Counted from the stretch's first letter, positions 1-8,401 are shown. The stretch is DNA of 14,342 nt from Bdellovibrionia bacterium (GCA_045805065.1 JBJMMA010000261.1:1-14342); one strand, 5' to 3'. Numbers and translations: made by a program. Notes: generated by a model not told the origin, from the letters alone.

Positions 1-291
1 AAAGGTAAGGGCTACCAAGGCGGCATGAAGCGTTTTCATATGGCCGGTGGTTACAAGACCCACGGCGCTTCGGTCTCGCATCGCTCACTGGGTTCTATCG
101 GTAACCGCGCCGATCCAGGTAAGTGCTGGAAGAATAAGAAGATGCCAGGACACATGGGTCATCAAAAAGTGACGGTCCAGAATGTTCGTGTGGTTCGTGT
201 TGATATGGAAAACCAACTCTTGTTGGTTCACGGAAGTGTTCCAGGTCCTAAGACTGGTATCGTGACTGTTCAACGCGCGATCAAGGGATAA
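1..291 (+). CDS. rplC: 50S ribosomal protein uL3, 3' portion (5' end lies outside the window)
   Basis: Frame is open from base 1 (KGKGYQGGMKRF...). L3 motifs KGKG.QG, HRSLGSIG, KKMPGHMG, LLLVHGSVPG. Directly upstream of rplD. The ORF-track ATG at 25 is internal. Confidence 0.97.
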   Translation, partial: KGKGYQGGMKRFHMAGGYKTHGASVSHRSLGSIGNRADPGKCWKNKKMPGHMGHQKVTVQNVRVVRVDMENQLLLVHGSVPGPKTGIVTVQRAIKG

Positions 292-325
292 GACCGGTAA
301 AACGGCCGAGAAAGAAAAGTAAGTT

Positions 326-952
326 ATGCCGACTTTAGATGTCATTGATCAAAGTAAGAAAAAGGTTGGAACGATCCAACTTCGCGACGACGTGTTCAAC
401 GTCGATGTGAATGTTGCTCTGGTCCACCAGGTCATCAAGGCTCAGCTGGCGGGACGTCGTCAGGGAACTGCCAAGACCAAGACCAAGTCAGAAGTTCGCG
501 GCGGTGGCCGCAAGCCATTCAAGCAAAAGGGAACTGGTAACGCTCGTCAAGGCTCCAGCCGTTCTCCATTGAATCCAGGCGGTGGTCAAAGCTTCGGTCC
601 TCAGCCACGTTCTTACGAACAAGCTACGCCGAAGGAAATGATGCGTGGTGCTCTCCGTTCCGCTTTGTCGGATCGCGTGAAGGCAAACCGCGTTCTCATC
701 GTCGACGAATTCAAACTTGATTCTATCAAGACCAAGGTCTTGAACGAAATCTTCAAGGATAAATTCGCTCTCGATCAAGCATTGGTTGTTGATGATCTGA
801 ACAAGAACCTCGAGCTCTCTGGACGCAACATTCCTAAGTTCAAGGTCCTTCGTACCGAAGGTCTCAATGTATATGATGTCGTTCGTTACGACTGGCTCGT
901 GATGACGAAGCGTGCAGTTCAGGCGGTTGAATCCCGTCTGGCTCCACAATGA
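326..952 (+). CDS. rplD: 50S ribosomal protein uL4
   Basis: 208 aa with RQGTAKTK..SEVRGGGRKPFKQKGTGNARQGS signature; canonical position. Confidence 0.98.
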   Translation: MPTLDVIDQSKKKVGTIQLRDDVFNVDVNVALVHQVIKAQLAGRRQGTAKTKTKSEVRGGGRKPFKQKGTGNARQGSSRSPLNPGGGQSFGPQPRSYEQATPKEMMRGALRSALSDRVKANRVLIVDEFKLDSIKTKVLNEIFKDKFALDQALVVDDLNKNLELSGRNIPKFKVLRTEGLNVYDVVRYDWLVMTKRAVQAVESRLAPQ

Positions 953-970
953 TCGGATTGAGGTAAAACA

Positions 971-1261
971 ATGCGTAACATTTACGATGTAATCAAAAGA
1001 CCGATCATCAGCGAAAAGAGCACTGCTCTCGCTGAAGTCGCTGGAAAGTACGCTTTCGAAGTTGCTTCTGAAGCAAACAAGCAAGAAATTCGCGAAGCTG
1101 TTCAGAACCTCTTCAATGTAAAGGTTCGTGAAGTTCGTACGATGATCATGCATGGCAAGATGAAGCGCGTCGGTCGTTTCGAAACCAAGCGCGCCAACTG
1201 GAAGAAGGCTCTGGTCACTCTGGCTGAAGGTCAGAAGATCGACTTCTTTCAAACGAAGTGA
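971..1261 (+). CDS. rplW: 50S ribosomal protein uL23
   Basis: 96 aa with P..SEKS, ANKQEI..AV..LF.VKV and WKKALVTL motifs; GAGGT SD at 960-964. Confidence 0.98.
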   Translation: MRNIYDVIKRPIISEKSTALAEVAGKYAFEVASEANKQEIREAVQNLFNVKVREVRTMIMHGKMKRVGRFETKRANWKKALVTLAEGQKIDFFQTK

Positions 1262-1268
1262 GTGAAAT

Positions 1269-2102
1269 ATGCCGATTAAGTCATTTAAACCGACGACTCC
1301 CTCCCTGCGTTACAAGAACGTTGCAGACTTTTCGATCCTGACGCCTAAGAGCGAACAGCCGAAGAAGCCTCGCAAACTTGTTGCTCCTTTGACCAAGTCT
1401 GGCGGACGTAACGTATACGGCCGCATGACTGTTCGCCACATTGGTGGTGGTCATAAGAGAAAATATCGCGTGGTCGATTTCGCACGCGACAAGCGCGAAA
1501 TTCCAGCACGTGTGGCTTCGATCGAATACGATCCGAACCGCACTGCATATATCGCCTTGTTGAACTACGCCGACGGCGAAAAGCGTTACATCATTGCTCC
1601 ATTGAACCTCAGTGTGGGTGATGCTGTTCTCGCTAGCGAAAGCGCAGACATTAAGCCAGGTAACAACCTTTCTCTTGCTTCGATTCCAGTGGGTACTTTG
1701 ATCCACAACATCGAAACCGAGCCAGGAAAGGGCGGAAAGCTTGCACGTTCTGCAGGTAACTTCGCACAGCTTATGGCTAAAGAAGGCGAATACTGCCAAG
1801 TCAAGATGCCAAGCGGTGAAATCCGTTTGTTGCACTCTCGCTGCCGCGCCTCGATTGGCCAGCTCTCCAACACGGATCACGAAAACATTTCGATCGGTAA
1901 AGCAGGTCGCGCTCGTTGGCTCGGCATTCGCCCAACCAACCGCGGTGTTTCTATGAATCCAATCGACCACCCGCACGGTGGTGGTGAAGGTAAGAGCTCC
2001 GGCGGTGGACACCCAAGAACTCCTTGGGGCGTTCCAACTAAGGGTTATAAGACTAGAAATAACAAACGTACTGACGCTTTCATCGTAAAGCGCCGTAAGT
2101 AA
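1269..2102 (+). CDS. rplB: 50S ribosomal protein uL2
   Basis: 277 aa with [16 protein letters not shown] and [13 protein letters not shown] motifs. Confidence 0.99.
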   Translation: MPIKSFKPTTPSLRYKNVADFSILTPKSEQPKKPRKLVAPLTKSGGRNVYGRMTVRHIGGGHKRKYRVVDFARDKREIPARVASIEYDPNRTAYIALLNYADGEKRYIIAPLNLSVGDAVLASESADIKPGNNLSLASIPVGTLIHNIETEPGKGGKLARSAGNFAQLMAKEGEYCQVKMPSGEIRLLHSRCRASIGQLSNTDHENISIGKAGRARWLGIRPTNRGVSMNPIDHPHGGGEGKSSGGGHPRTPWGVPTKGYKTRNNKRTDAFIVKRRK

Positions 2103-2126
2103 GAAGTTTAACAAAGGAGACCCAAC

Positions 2127-2450
2127 GTGGCTCGTTCCATTAAAAAAGGCCCTTTTTGCGATGACCATCTGGTGAAGAAGGTCCAAGAAGCTCGTCAGAG
2201 CAACGATCGCAAGGTGATCAAGACTTGGTCCCGTCGTTCGACGGTGTTGCCAGATTTCGTAGGATTGACGTTTGCTGTGCACAACGGCAAGAAGTTCATT
2301 CCAGTTTATGTGACGGAGAACATGGTCGGTCACAAGATGGGCGAATTCGCTCAGACTCGTACTTTCCATGGCCATACTCCTGCGGACAAGAAGGCTGGCG
2401 GAGAAGCAGCGAAAGCAGCAGCTCCAGCAGCTAAGCCTGCTGCCAAGTAA
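2127..2450 (+). CDS. rpsS: 30S ribosomal protein uS19 (Ala/Lys/Pro-rich C-terminal tail)
   Basis: GTG start after [39 protein letters not shown] motifs. Confidence 0.98.
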   Translation: MARSIKKGPFCDDHLVKKVQEARQSNDRKVIKTWSRRSTVLPDFVGLTFAVHNGKKFIPVYVTENMVGHKMGEFAQTRTFHGHTPADKKAGGEAAKAAAPAAKPAAK

Positions 2451-2464
2451 TTGAGGATTGAACA

Positions 2465-2794
2465 ATGGAAGCAAAAGTCAGTTTTATTCGGATTACCCCT
2501 CGTAAGATGGGACTGCTCGCGGATGAAGTTCGCGGCAAGAACATCAATGAGGCCCTGGCATACCTCCAGTTTTCCCCTCGCAAGCGTACCGCTCAGGTTC
2601 TGTACAAGCTCCTGAAGAGTGCAGTTGCCAACGCAGACCAAAAAGGTGGCGTTGATGTGGATCGCCTGATGGTGAAGACGATTCTGGTTGGTCAAGGCAC
2701 GACGCTGAAGCGTTTCCGCCCGAGAGCAAAGGGATCTGCTTTCAAGATCAATAAGAAGACGAGCCACGTGACCGTGCAGCTCGGACAGCGTTAA
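2465..2794 (+). CDS. rplV: 50S ribosomal protein uL22
   Basis: 109 aa with R.TPRK...AD.VRGK, LLKSAVANA and RFRPRAKG...KTSHVTV motifs. Confidence 0.98.
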   Translation: MEAKVSFIRITPRKMGLLADEVRGKNINEALAYLQFSPRKRTAQVLYKLLKSAVANADQKGGVDVDRLMVKTILVGQGTTLKRFRPRAKGSAFKINKKTSHVTVQLGQR

Positions 2795-2808
2795 GAGGTT
2801 AAAGGACT

Positions 2809-3480
2809 ATGGGTCAAAAAGTTAATCCAGTTGGATTCCGTATCGGGATTACCAGAACTTGGGACAGCCGTTGGTTCGCTAAGCGCGACTACGCAAAGCT
2901 CCTTCACGAAGATATCGCTCTTCGTAACTACTTGAAGGAAAAGCTCCACGGTGCAGGCATTGCGCGTATCGAAATCGAACGCGCTGCTAGCAAAGTGAAG
3001 ATTAACGTTCACACTGCTCGTCCTGGTATCGTCATCGGTAAGAAGGGCGCTGGCGTTGAGTCTTTGAAAGCTGAAGTTCAAAAGCTTTCTGGCAACGAAG
3101 TGTTCTTGAACATCGTTGAAGTGAAGAAGCCAGAAGCCAATGCAACCCTCATCGCTGAGAACGTCGCTTCCCAGCTTGAAAAGCGTGTTGCCTTCCGCCG
3201 TGCAATGAAAAAGTGCATGACGGCTGCTTTCAAGCAGGGCATTAAGGGAATCAAGATTCGCGTCTCGGGTCGCTTGGGCGGAGCTGAAATCGCACGTACC
3301 GAATGGTACAGCGAAGACAGCGTTCCTCTGCACACCCTTCGCGCCAACATTGACTACGGCACCGCTGAAGCTCGCACCACCTACGGTGTGATCGGCGTTA
3401 AAGCTTGGGTCTATCATGGCGAAACCACGACGTTGAAGAAACAGGCCGCTGCTGAGGCCAAGGCTGCTCAGAACGCGTAA
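2809..3480 (+). CDS. rpsC: 30S ribosomal protein uS3
   Basis: 223 aa with [33 protein letters not shown] and [11 protein letters not shown] motifs. Confidence 0.99.
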   Translation: MGQKVNPVGFRIGITRTWDSRWFAKRDYAKLLHEDIALRNYLKEKLHGAGIARIEIERAASKVKINVHTARPGIVIGKKGAGVESLKAEVQKLSGNEVFLNIVEVKKPEANATLIAENVASQLEKRVAFRRAMKKCMTAAFKQGIKGIKIRVSGRLGGAEIARTEWYSEDSVPLHTLRANIDYGTAEARTTYGVIGVKAWVYHGETTTLKKQAAAEAKAAQNA

Positions 3481-3512
3481 GCGGACTGAGAGTTCGTTTA
3501 AGGAGTTAAATC

Positions 3513-3998
3513 ATGTTGGCACCAAAGCGAGTCAAATGGAGAAAGATGCAGAAGGGCAAGATGCGCGGTCGCGCTGACCGTGGCGGAACCTTGTTCTTCG
3601 GCGAATTCGGCCTCCAAGCAACCGAATGTGGAAAAATCACTTCCCGTCAGATCGAAGCGTCCCGCGTAGCGATGACCCGTTACGTGAAGCGCGGTGGTCA
3701 GATTTGGGTCCGCGTTTTCCCAGACAAGGCTCTCACTAAGAAAGCTGCTGAAACCCGCATGGGTTCTGGTAAGGGTAACGTGGAAGAATGGGCAGCCGTG
3801 ATTAAGCCCGGCCGCGTCATTTTCGAAATGGCTGGTATCCCGCAAGTAGAGGCGTTTGAAGCGCTTCGTCTTGCTAACAACAAGCTTCCGGTCTCTTGCA
3901 AGCCAATCAGCAAGGCAACTGAAGCCCTTGCTGCTAAGGCGAAGGCGAAAGTAGCTGAAGAGAAAAAAGCTAAAAAAGCGGCAGTAGCAGCTAAGTAA
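3513..3998 (+). CDS. rplP: 50S ribosomal protein uL16 (Ala/Lys-rich C-terminal tail)
   Basis: [24 protein letters not shown] and RMGSGKG motifs; AAGGAG SD. Confidence 0.98.
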   Translation: MLAPKRVKWRKMQKGKMRGRADRGGTLFFGEFGLQATECGKITSRQIEASRVAMTRYVKRGGQIWVRVFPDKALTKKAAETRMGSGKGNVEEWAAVIKPGRVIFEMAGIPQVEAFEALRLANNKLPVSCKPISKATEALAAKAKAKVAEEKKAKKAAVAAK

Positions 3999-4029
3999 GT
4001 GCCAGCGCGAGCAATTAAGGAGTAAAAAC

Positions 4030-4236
4030 GTGTCTACAAAGCGTTTTAAAGAATTGAAGAATTTGTCGAAGGACGAATTGGCTACCAAGATCCGCGAATC
4101 TGAAGGCCAATTCTTCCAGACCAAGATGAAGCAAGCCACTGGCCAGCTGAGCGATACCGCGACGCTTTGGCGGTTGCGTAAGGATATTGCCCGGATGAAG
4201 ACTCTTCTTTCCGGTGCTGTCGGAGGGAGTAAGTAA
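4030..4236 (+). CDS. rpmC: 50S ribosomal protein uL29
   Basis: GTG start after AAGGAG; 68 aa, KELKNLS..EL, ATGQL, RKDIARMKT; sits between rplP and rpsQ. Confidence 0.96.
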   Translation: MSTKRFKELKNLSKDELATKIRESEGQFFQTKMKQATGQLSDTATLWRLRKDIARMKTLLSGAVGGSK

Positions 4237-4637
4237 TGGCAACCGAACGTAAAACCAAAACCGCAGGCGCAGCTGAAAAGAAGAGCGCTAAGGCTCCAGC
4301 AAAAAAGGTTGCTGCTCCAGCTGCAGCTGAAACTACGACTGCTGCTCACGTTGATTCCCGCAATATGCTCCAGAAGCGTAAAGTGGTGATCGGCACGGTC
4401 GTCAGCGACAAAATGCAAAAGACCATCGTAGTGAAGGTGGATCGTCGTGTTCGCCACGGACTTTATAAGAAGTACGTGCTGCGTTCCCGCCACTTCAAGG
4501 CTCACGATGAAAAGAATGAAGCAAAAGTGGGCGATCGGGTTGCATTGCTCGAGTCTCGTCCATTGAGCAAGGATAAACGTTGGGTTCTCCAGGCGATCGT
4601 TCGTCGCGCTGCTCAGGCCCTCGAAGCAAACGTCTAA
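4236..4637 (+). CDS. rpsQ: 30S ribosomal protein uS17 (long N-terminal extension)
   Basis: G.VVSDKMQKTIVV, AHDEKNEAKVGD.V and ESRPLSKDKRW motifs; TAATG overlap with the rpmC stop and GGAGG SD at 4222-4226. Confidence 0.96.
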   Translation: MATERKTKTAGAAEKKSAKAPAKKVAAPAAAETTTAAHVDSRNMLQKRKVVIGTVVSDKMQKTIVVKVDRRVRHGLYKKYVLRSRHFKAHDEKNEAKVGDRVALLESRPLSKDKRWVLQAIVRRAAQALEANV

Positions 4638-4658
4638 TTGGCGTAGGAGGTTAATGTC

Positions 4659-5027
4659 ATGATTCAAATGCGTACACGCCTAGACGTGGCTGATAATTCC
4701 GGCGCTAAGTCGGTCATGTGCATCAAGGTTTTGGGTGGATCCCGCCGCAAATATGCAAGCTTGGGAGACATCATTGTTGTGACGGTGAAAGACGCCGCTC
4801 CGAACGCAAAGGTCAAGAAGGGTGAAATCCTGAAGGCTGTTATCGTTCGCACTAAGAAGGAAGTTAACCGCAACGACGGAACGTACATTCGTTTCGACGC
4901 AAACTCTGCGGTTTTGATCAACGCGCAGAATGAGCCAATCGGTACCCGTATCTTCGGACCAGTGGCTCGTGAACTTCGCGCTCGTGCTTTCACGAAGATC
5001 ATTTCCTTGGCTCCTGAGGTTCTCTGA
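4659..5027 (+). CDS. rplN: 50S ribosomal protein uL14
   Basis: 122 aa, MIQ....[36 protein letters not shown]. Confidence 0.99.
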   Translation: MIQMRTRLDVADNSGAKSVMCIKVLGGSRRKYASLGDIIVVTVKDAAPNAKVKKGEILKAVIVRTKKEVNRNDGTYIRFDANSAVLINAQNEPIGTRIFGPVARELRARAFTKIISLAPEVL

Positions 5028-5034
5028 GGTTTTT

Positions 5035-5400
5035 ATGATGAATGCTGAACGAATGAAGTTTTCGATTCGTAAGAATGACCAGGTCCAGATCATCGCTGGC
5101 CGTGAAAAAGGCAAAATCGGAAAGGTTCTTTCCGTTAGTCGTACCACGGGCCGCGTGACGGTTGAGAAGGTCAACATGGTGAAGCGCCATGTGAAGCCAA
5201 GCCAAACGAACCCAGCAGGTGGCATCGTTGAAAAGGAGCTTCCGCTCCATTATTCCAACGTGCAGTTGTTCTGCGCTAAGTGCAATAAGGGTTCCCGTCA
5301 CGGTCACAAGATGGTGGCTAAGAAGGGTGCTAAGACCAAAGGTGAAATGGTAAAAGTAAGAGTCTGTAAGCGTTGCGACGAGCAATTGGACGCCGTGTGA
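5035..5400 (+). CDS. rplX: 50S ribosomal protein uL24 (CxxC...CxxC form)
   Basis: KOW-like IRKNDQVQIIAGREKGKIGKV and GGIVEKE.PLHYSNV motifs. Start is the tandem ATG at 5035 or 5038 after GAGGT (5026-5030), not the ORF-track 4930. Confidence 0.95.
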   Translation: MMNAERMKFSIRKNDQVQIIAGREKGKIGKVLSVSRTTGRVTVEKVNMVKRHVKPSQTNPAGGIVEKELPLHYSNVQLFCAKCNKGSRHGHKMVAKKGAKTKGEMVKVRVCKRCDEQLDAV

Positions 5401-5424
5401 ACGTGAGTCAGGCAGGAGGTAACT

Positions 5425-6159
5425 GTGGTAGCAGATAAGGAAAACGATCAAAAAGCCGCGGGCGGTACTGATGAAGCAGCCGCAGCCAAGGCTCGGGCAG
5501 AAGCGAAAAAAGCAGCAGGCGATGCTGCTCGCGCGAAAGCTAAAAAAGCTAAGGAAGAAGCAGCTGCTGCTTCCGTGAAGATCGCGGGCGCAGGCGAAAC
5601 TAAGATTTCACCAAGCAAGGAATCTCGCCTTCAGAAGCATTATCGCGAAAAGGCAGTGCCAGCGATGATGAAGGAATTCCAGTTTGGAAATGCGATGCAG
5701 GTTCCACGTCTGAGTAAGATCGTGATCAACTGCGCTGTTAAAGACGCAGTCGCGAATCCAAAGGTTTTGGATGGCACGTACGAAGAAATTTTGGCGATTA
5801 CTGGTCAAAAGCCAGTTCTTACCCGTGCACGTAAAGCTATCGCAGCTTTCAAAGTGCGCCAAGGCAACGCCGTCGGTGTGATGGTTACTCTCCGTCGCGC
5901 TCGTATGTATGAATTTTTGGATCGTCTGATGAATGTCGCGCTTCCACGCGTTCGTGACTTCAAGGGCGTTAACAATAAGTCTTTCGATGGACGAGGAAAC
6001 TACTCACTGGGTATCCGCGAGCAGATCATCTTCCCCGAAATCAATTATGACAAGGTGGACAAGGTCCGAGGTATGACGATCACGATCGAGACCACCGCTA
6101 AGACGAATGAACATGCACGCGCTCTCTTGACTGAGATGGGCATGCCGTTCCGTAAGTAA
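5425..6159 (+). CDS. rplE: 50S ribosomal protein uL5 (about 65 aa N-terminal extension)
   Basis: GTG after AGGAGGT (5414-5420); core motifs [44 protein letters not shown]. Confidence 0.96.
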   Translation: MVADKENDQKAAGGTDEAAAAKARAEAKKAAGDAARAKAKKAKEEAAAASVKIAGAGETKISPSKESRLQKHYREKAVPAMMKEFQFGNAMQVPRLSKIVINCAVKDAVANPKVLDGTYEEILAITGQKPVLTRARKAIAAFKVRQGNAVGVMVTLRRARMYEFLDRLMNVALPRVRDFKGVNNKSFDGRGNYSLGIREQIIFPEINYDKVDKVRGMTITIETTAKTNEHARALLTEMGMPFRK

Positions 6160-6173
6160 GAAGGAGAGCGATC

Positions 6174-6359
6174 TTGTCTAAGAAGTGTAAACTCGAAAAA
6201 ATTGGAATGAAGCCGAAGTTTTCGACTCGCGTTCGGAATCGCTGCCCATTGTGCGGTCGTCCACGCGCGTTCATGCGCAAGTTTAACATGTGCCGTCTCT
6301 GCTTCCGTGGCTTGGCTCTTAAGGGCCAGCTGCCAGGCGTGACCAAGTCGAGCTGGTAA
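6174..6359 (+). CDS. rpsN: 30S ribosomal protein uS14, short zinc-binding type Z
   Basis: TTG start after AAGGAG; 61 aa with RCPLCGR...CRLCFR and PGVTKSSW. Confidence 0.96.
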   Translation: MSKKCKLEKIGMKPKFSTRVRNRCPLCGRPRAFMRKFNMCRLCFRGLALKGQLPGVTKSSW

Positions 6360-6379
6360 GCTTTTAGAGGTTATCGATT

Positions 6380-6778
6380 ATGAGCATGACTGATCCTATT
6401 GCAGATTTGTTGACCCGGATCCGGAACGCAGCAAAAGAGAAGCATGAAAAGGTAGAAATTCCTGCTTCCCGTTTGAAGGCAAATATTGTCCGCGTTCTTA
6501 AAGAAGAAGGGTTCATTAAGAACTTCCGCTTGATGCGTGAAGAAGGCCGTCCGGTCATTAAAGTGTACCTCAAGTACACCGACCAGGGCGCCAGCGTGAT
6601 TCAAGGAATCCGCCGCATCAGCCGTCCTGGCCTTCGTAGGTATACTGGCTACGACGAGATGCCTCGCCCACTCGGTGGCGCAGGTATTTCTATCGTATCC
6701 ACCTCGAAGGGCGTGACGACCGGTCACCGCGCCAAGACTCAAAAAGTCGGTGGCGAAATTCTTTGTGAGGTTTGGTAA
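6380..6778 (+). CDS. rpsH: 30S ribosomal protein uS8
   Basis: MTDPIADLLTRIRNA, SRPGLRRY, STSKGV and GGEILCEVW motifs. Confidence 0.99.
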   Translation: MSMTDPIADLLTRIRNAAKEKHEKVEIPASRLKANIVRVLKEEGFIKNFRLMREEGRPVIKVYLKYTDQGASVIQGIRRISRPGLRRYTGYDEMPRPLGGAGISIVSTSKGVTTGHRAKTQKVGGEILCEVW

Positions 6779-6781
6779 TTT

Positions 6782-7327
6782 ATGTCACGCGTTGGAAAAC
6801 AACCTATTAAGATTCTTCAAGGCGTTAAAGTCGATCTGAAAGACAGCACCCTTAAGGTTGAAGGACCTAAAGGCAAGCTTTCTCACCAGATTCCTCGCGG
6901 CGTCGAAGTGAAGGTCGACAACGGATCCATCGTCGTCAACCGTAATGAAAAGATTGCTGTTAACGCAGCAGCTCTTCACGGATTGACCCGTACTTTGATT
7001 CACAACATGGTTCACGGTGCACACACGGGCTTCAATCGTGAGCTCGATGTTGTCGGCGTCGGTTATCGTGCAGCAGTTAAGGGTAACACCCTGACTCTGA
7101 CCTTGGGTTATTCTCATCCGGTTGATTATGAACTTCCGGCTGGAATTACCGCTAAGGTTGAAAACAACACCCACATTGTCGTCAGCGGTGCTGACAAGAT
7201 GTTGGTCGGCATGGTAGCGGCAAAGATTCGCTCCTTCAAGGAGCCAGAGCCGTATCAAGGTAAGGGAATCAAGTACTCGGATGAGCATATCATCCGTAAG
7301 CAAGGTAAGGCAGCAGGCGCCAAGTAA
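6782..7327 (+). CDS. rplF: 50S ribosomal protein uL6
   Basis: MSRVGKQPI, GPKGKL, GVGYRA, LGYSHPV and PEPYQGKGIKY motifs. Confidence 0.99.
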   Translation: MSRVGKQPIKILQGVKVDLKDSTLKVEGPKGKLSHQIPRGVEVKVDNGSIVVNRNEKIAVNAAALHGLTRTLIHNMVHGAHTGFNRELDVVGVGYRAAVKGNTLTLTLGYSHPVDYELPAGITAKVENNTHIVVSGADKMLVGMVAAKIRSFKEPEPYQGKGIKYSDEHIIRKQGKAAGAK

Positions 7328-7337
7328 TGACCTGACC

Positions 7338-7387
7338 CGGCCCACTGAAAGGTGGGCCGTCTATGTGATGATCGTGTACGCGATCAT
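7338..7387 (+). other. Two tandem RNA hairpins in the rplF-rplR spacer
   Basis: CGGCCCAC-T-GAAA-G-GTGGGCCG (7338-7359) and ATGATCG-TGTACG-CGATCAT (7368-7387); perfect 8-bp and 7-bp stems; no U-tract. Confidence 0.6.
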
Positions 7388-7401
7388 AAAGAGGATTTTA
7401 T

Positions 7402-7779
7402 ATGGCAACCAAGATCCGTCGTGGGACGAGTCAAAAACAAGTTATTCGGTTCAAGCGTAAGCGCCGCATTCGCGCTCGCGTAGAAGGATCCGCGGATAAG
7501 CCTCGGCTTTCCGTTTTCCGTTCAAACCGTCACCTTTATGTGCAGTTGATTGACGACACCAAGGGCCAAACCCTTGTTGCTGCTTCGACCAACGAAGAAG
7601 AGCTGCGCGAAAAAGTAGGCGGGACAGTTGATGGTGCAAAGACCCTCGGCGGTCTCGTTGCAAAGAGAGCATTGGCCAAAAATATCACTTCGATCGTTTT
7701 CGATCGTAGCGGATATCTTTACCACGGTCGTATCAAGGCATTGGCCGACTCCGCACGTGAAGGCGGACTCAAGTTCTGA
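7402..7779 (+). CDS. rplR: 50S ribosomal protein uL18
   Basis: PRLSVFRSNRH.YVQLIDD, VFDRSGYLYHGRIKALA and REGGLKF motifs. Confidence 0.98.
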   Translation: MATKIRRGTSQKQVIRFKRKRRIRARVEGSADKPRLSVFRSNRHLYVQLIDDTKGQTLVAASTNEEELREKVGGTVDGAKTLGGLVAKRALAKNITSIVFDRSGYLYHGRIKALADSAREGGLKF

Positions 7780-7785
7780 TGAACA

Positions 7786-7806
7786 GGCCCGAATGCACTT
7801 CGGGCC
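7786..7806 (+). other. RNA hairpin in the rplR-rpsE spacer
   Basis: GGCCCGAA-TGCAC-TTCGGGCC, perfect 8-bp stem just upstream of the AGGAG SD. Confidence 0.55.
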
Positions 7807-7829
7807 GAGATTTTAGGAGAACATTTTAA

Positions 7830-8351
7830 ATGGCAATCGGTTCAAATAACCAACAGATGGGCCGTCCTCAGGAAGATTCTGAATTTGAGGACAAAGTGAT
7901 TCACATCAATCGTTGCGCAAAAGTCGTGAAGGGCGGTCGCCGCTTCAGCTTCGCTGCAATCGTAGTTGTGGGTGACAAGAAGGGCCAAGTCGGCGTCGGT
8001 CTCGGTAAAGCGGGCGAAGTGCCGGAAGCAATCAAGAAAGCTGGCAAGCAAGCTAAGAAGAATCTCATGAAGGTTCCTCTGGACGGAAATACGATCCCAC
8101 ACGATGTGATCGGTCATTTCGGCGCTAGCCAAGTGTTGATGAAGCCAGCTCCAGAAGGTACTGGAATCATCGCAAGCTCCTCTGTCCGCGCGATTCTCGA
8201 AGTCGCTGGCGTGCAAAACATCCTGACGAAGTCCATTCGTCGCGATAACCCACACAACGTGGTTCGTGCAACGCTTGAAGGACTGAAGAAGCTTCGTCAT
8301 TTCGAAGACATTGCTAAGGCTCGCGGCAAAACTGTTGCCGAGATCCTCTAA
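7830..8351 (+). CDS. rpsE: 30S ribosomal protein uS5
   Basis: [28 protein letters not shown] and [10 protein letters not shown] motifs. Confidence 0.98.
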   Translation: MAIGSNNQQMGRPQEDSEFEDKVIHINRCAKVVKGGRRFSFAAIVVVGDKKGQVGVGLGKAGEVPEAIKKAGKQAKKNLMKVPLDGNTIPHDVIGHFGASQVLMKPAPEGTGIIASSSVRAILEVAGVQNILTKSIRRDNPHNVVRATLEGLKKLRHFEDIAKARGKTVAEIL

Positions 8352-8401
8352 CCCGATCTGGCTAGACCGGATTAAGAGTTATAAGAATTAGGAGTATAGT
8401 C

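Noticed and set aside
25..291. 88-aa standalone ORF
   Set aside because: It is the C-terminal part of uL3; the frame is open to the window edge.
1281..2474. 397-aa minus-strand ORF, and similar antisense ORFs such as 488-1252, 2791-3417, 3498-4667 and 6785-7345
   Set aside because: Shadow frames of highly expressed r-protein genes that avoid TTA/CTA/TCA codons; no recognisable motifs and fully overlapping essential genes.
4930..5034. ORF-track N-terminal extension of rplX
   Set aside because: Overlaps the rplN 3' end out of frame; the SD (GAGGT 5026-5030) and uL24 homology point to ATG 5035/5038.
8353..8370. Weak hairpin CCGATCT-GGCT-AGACCGG after rpsE
   Set aside because: Only 6 pairs with an internal mismatch and no U-tract.
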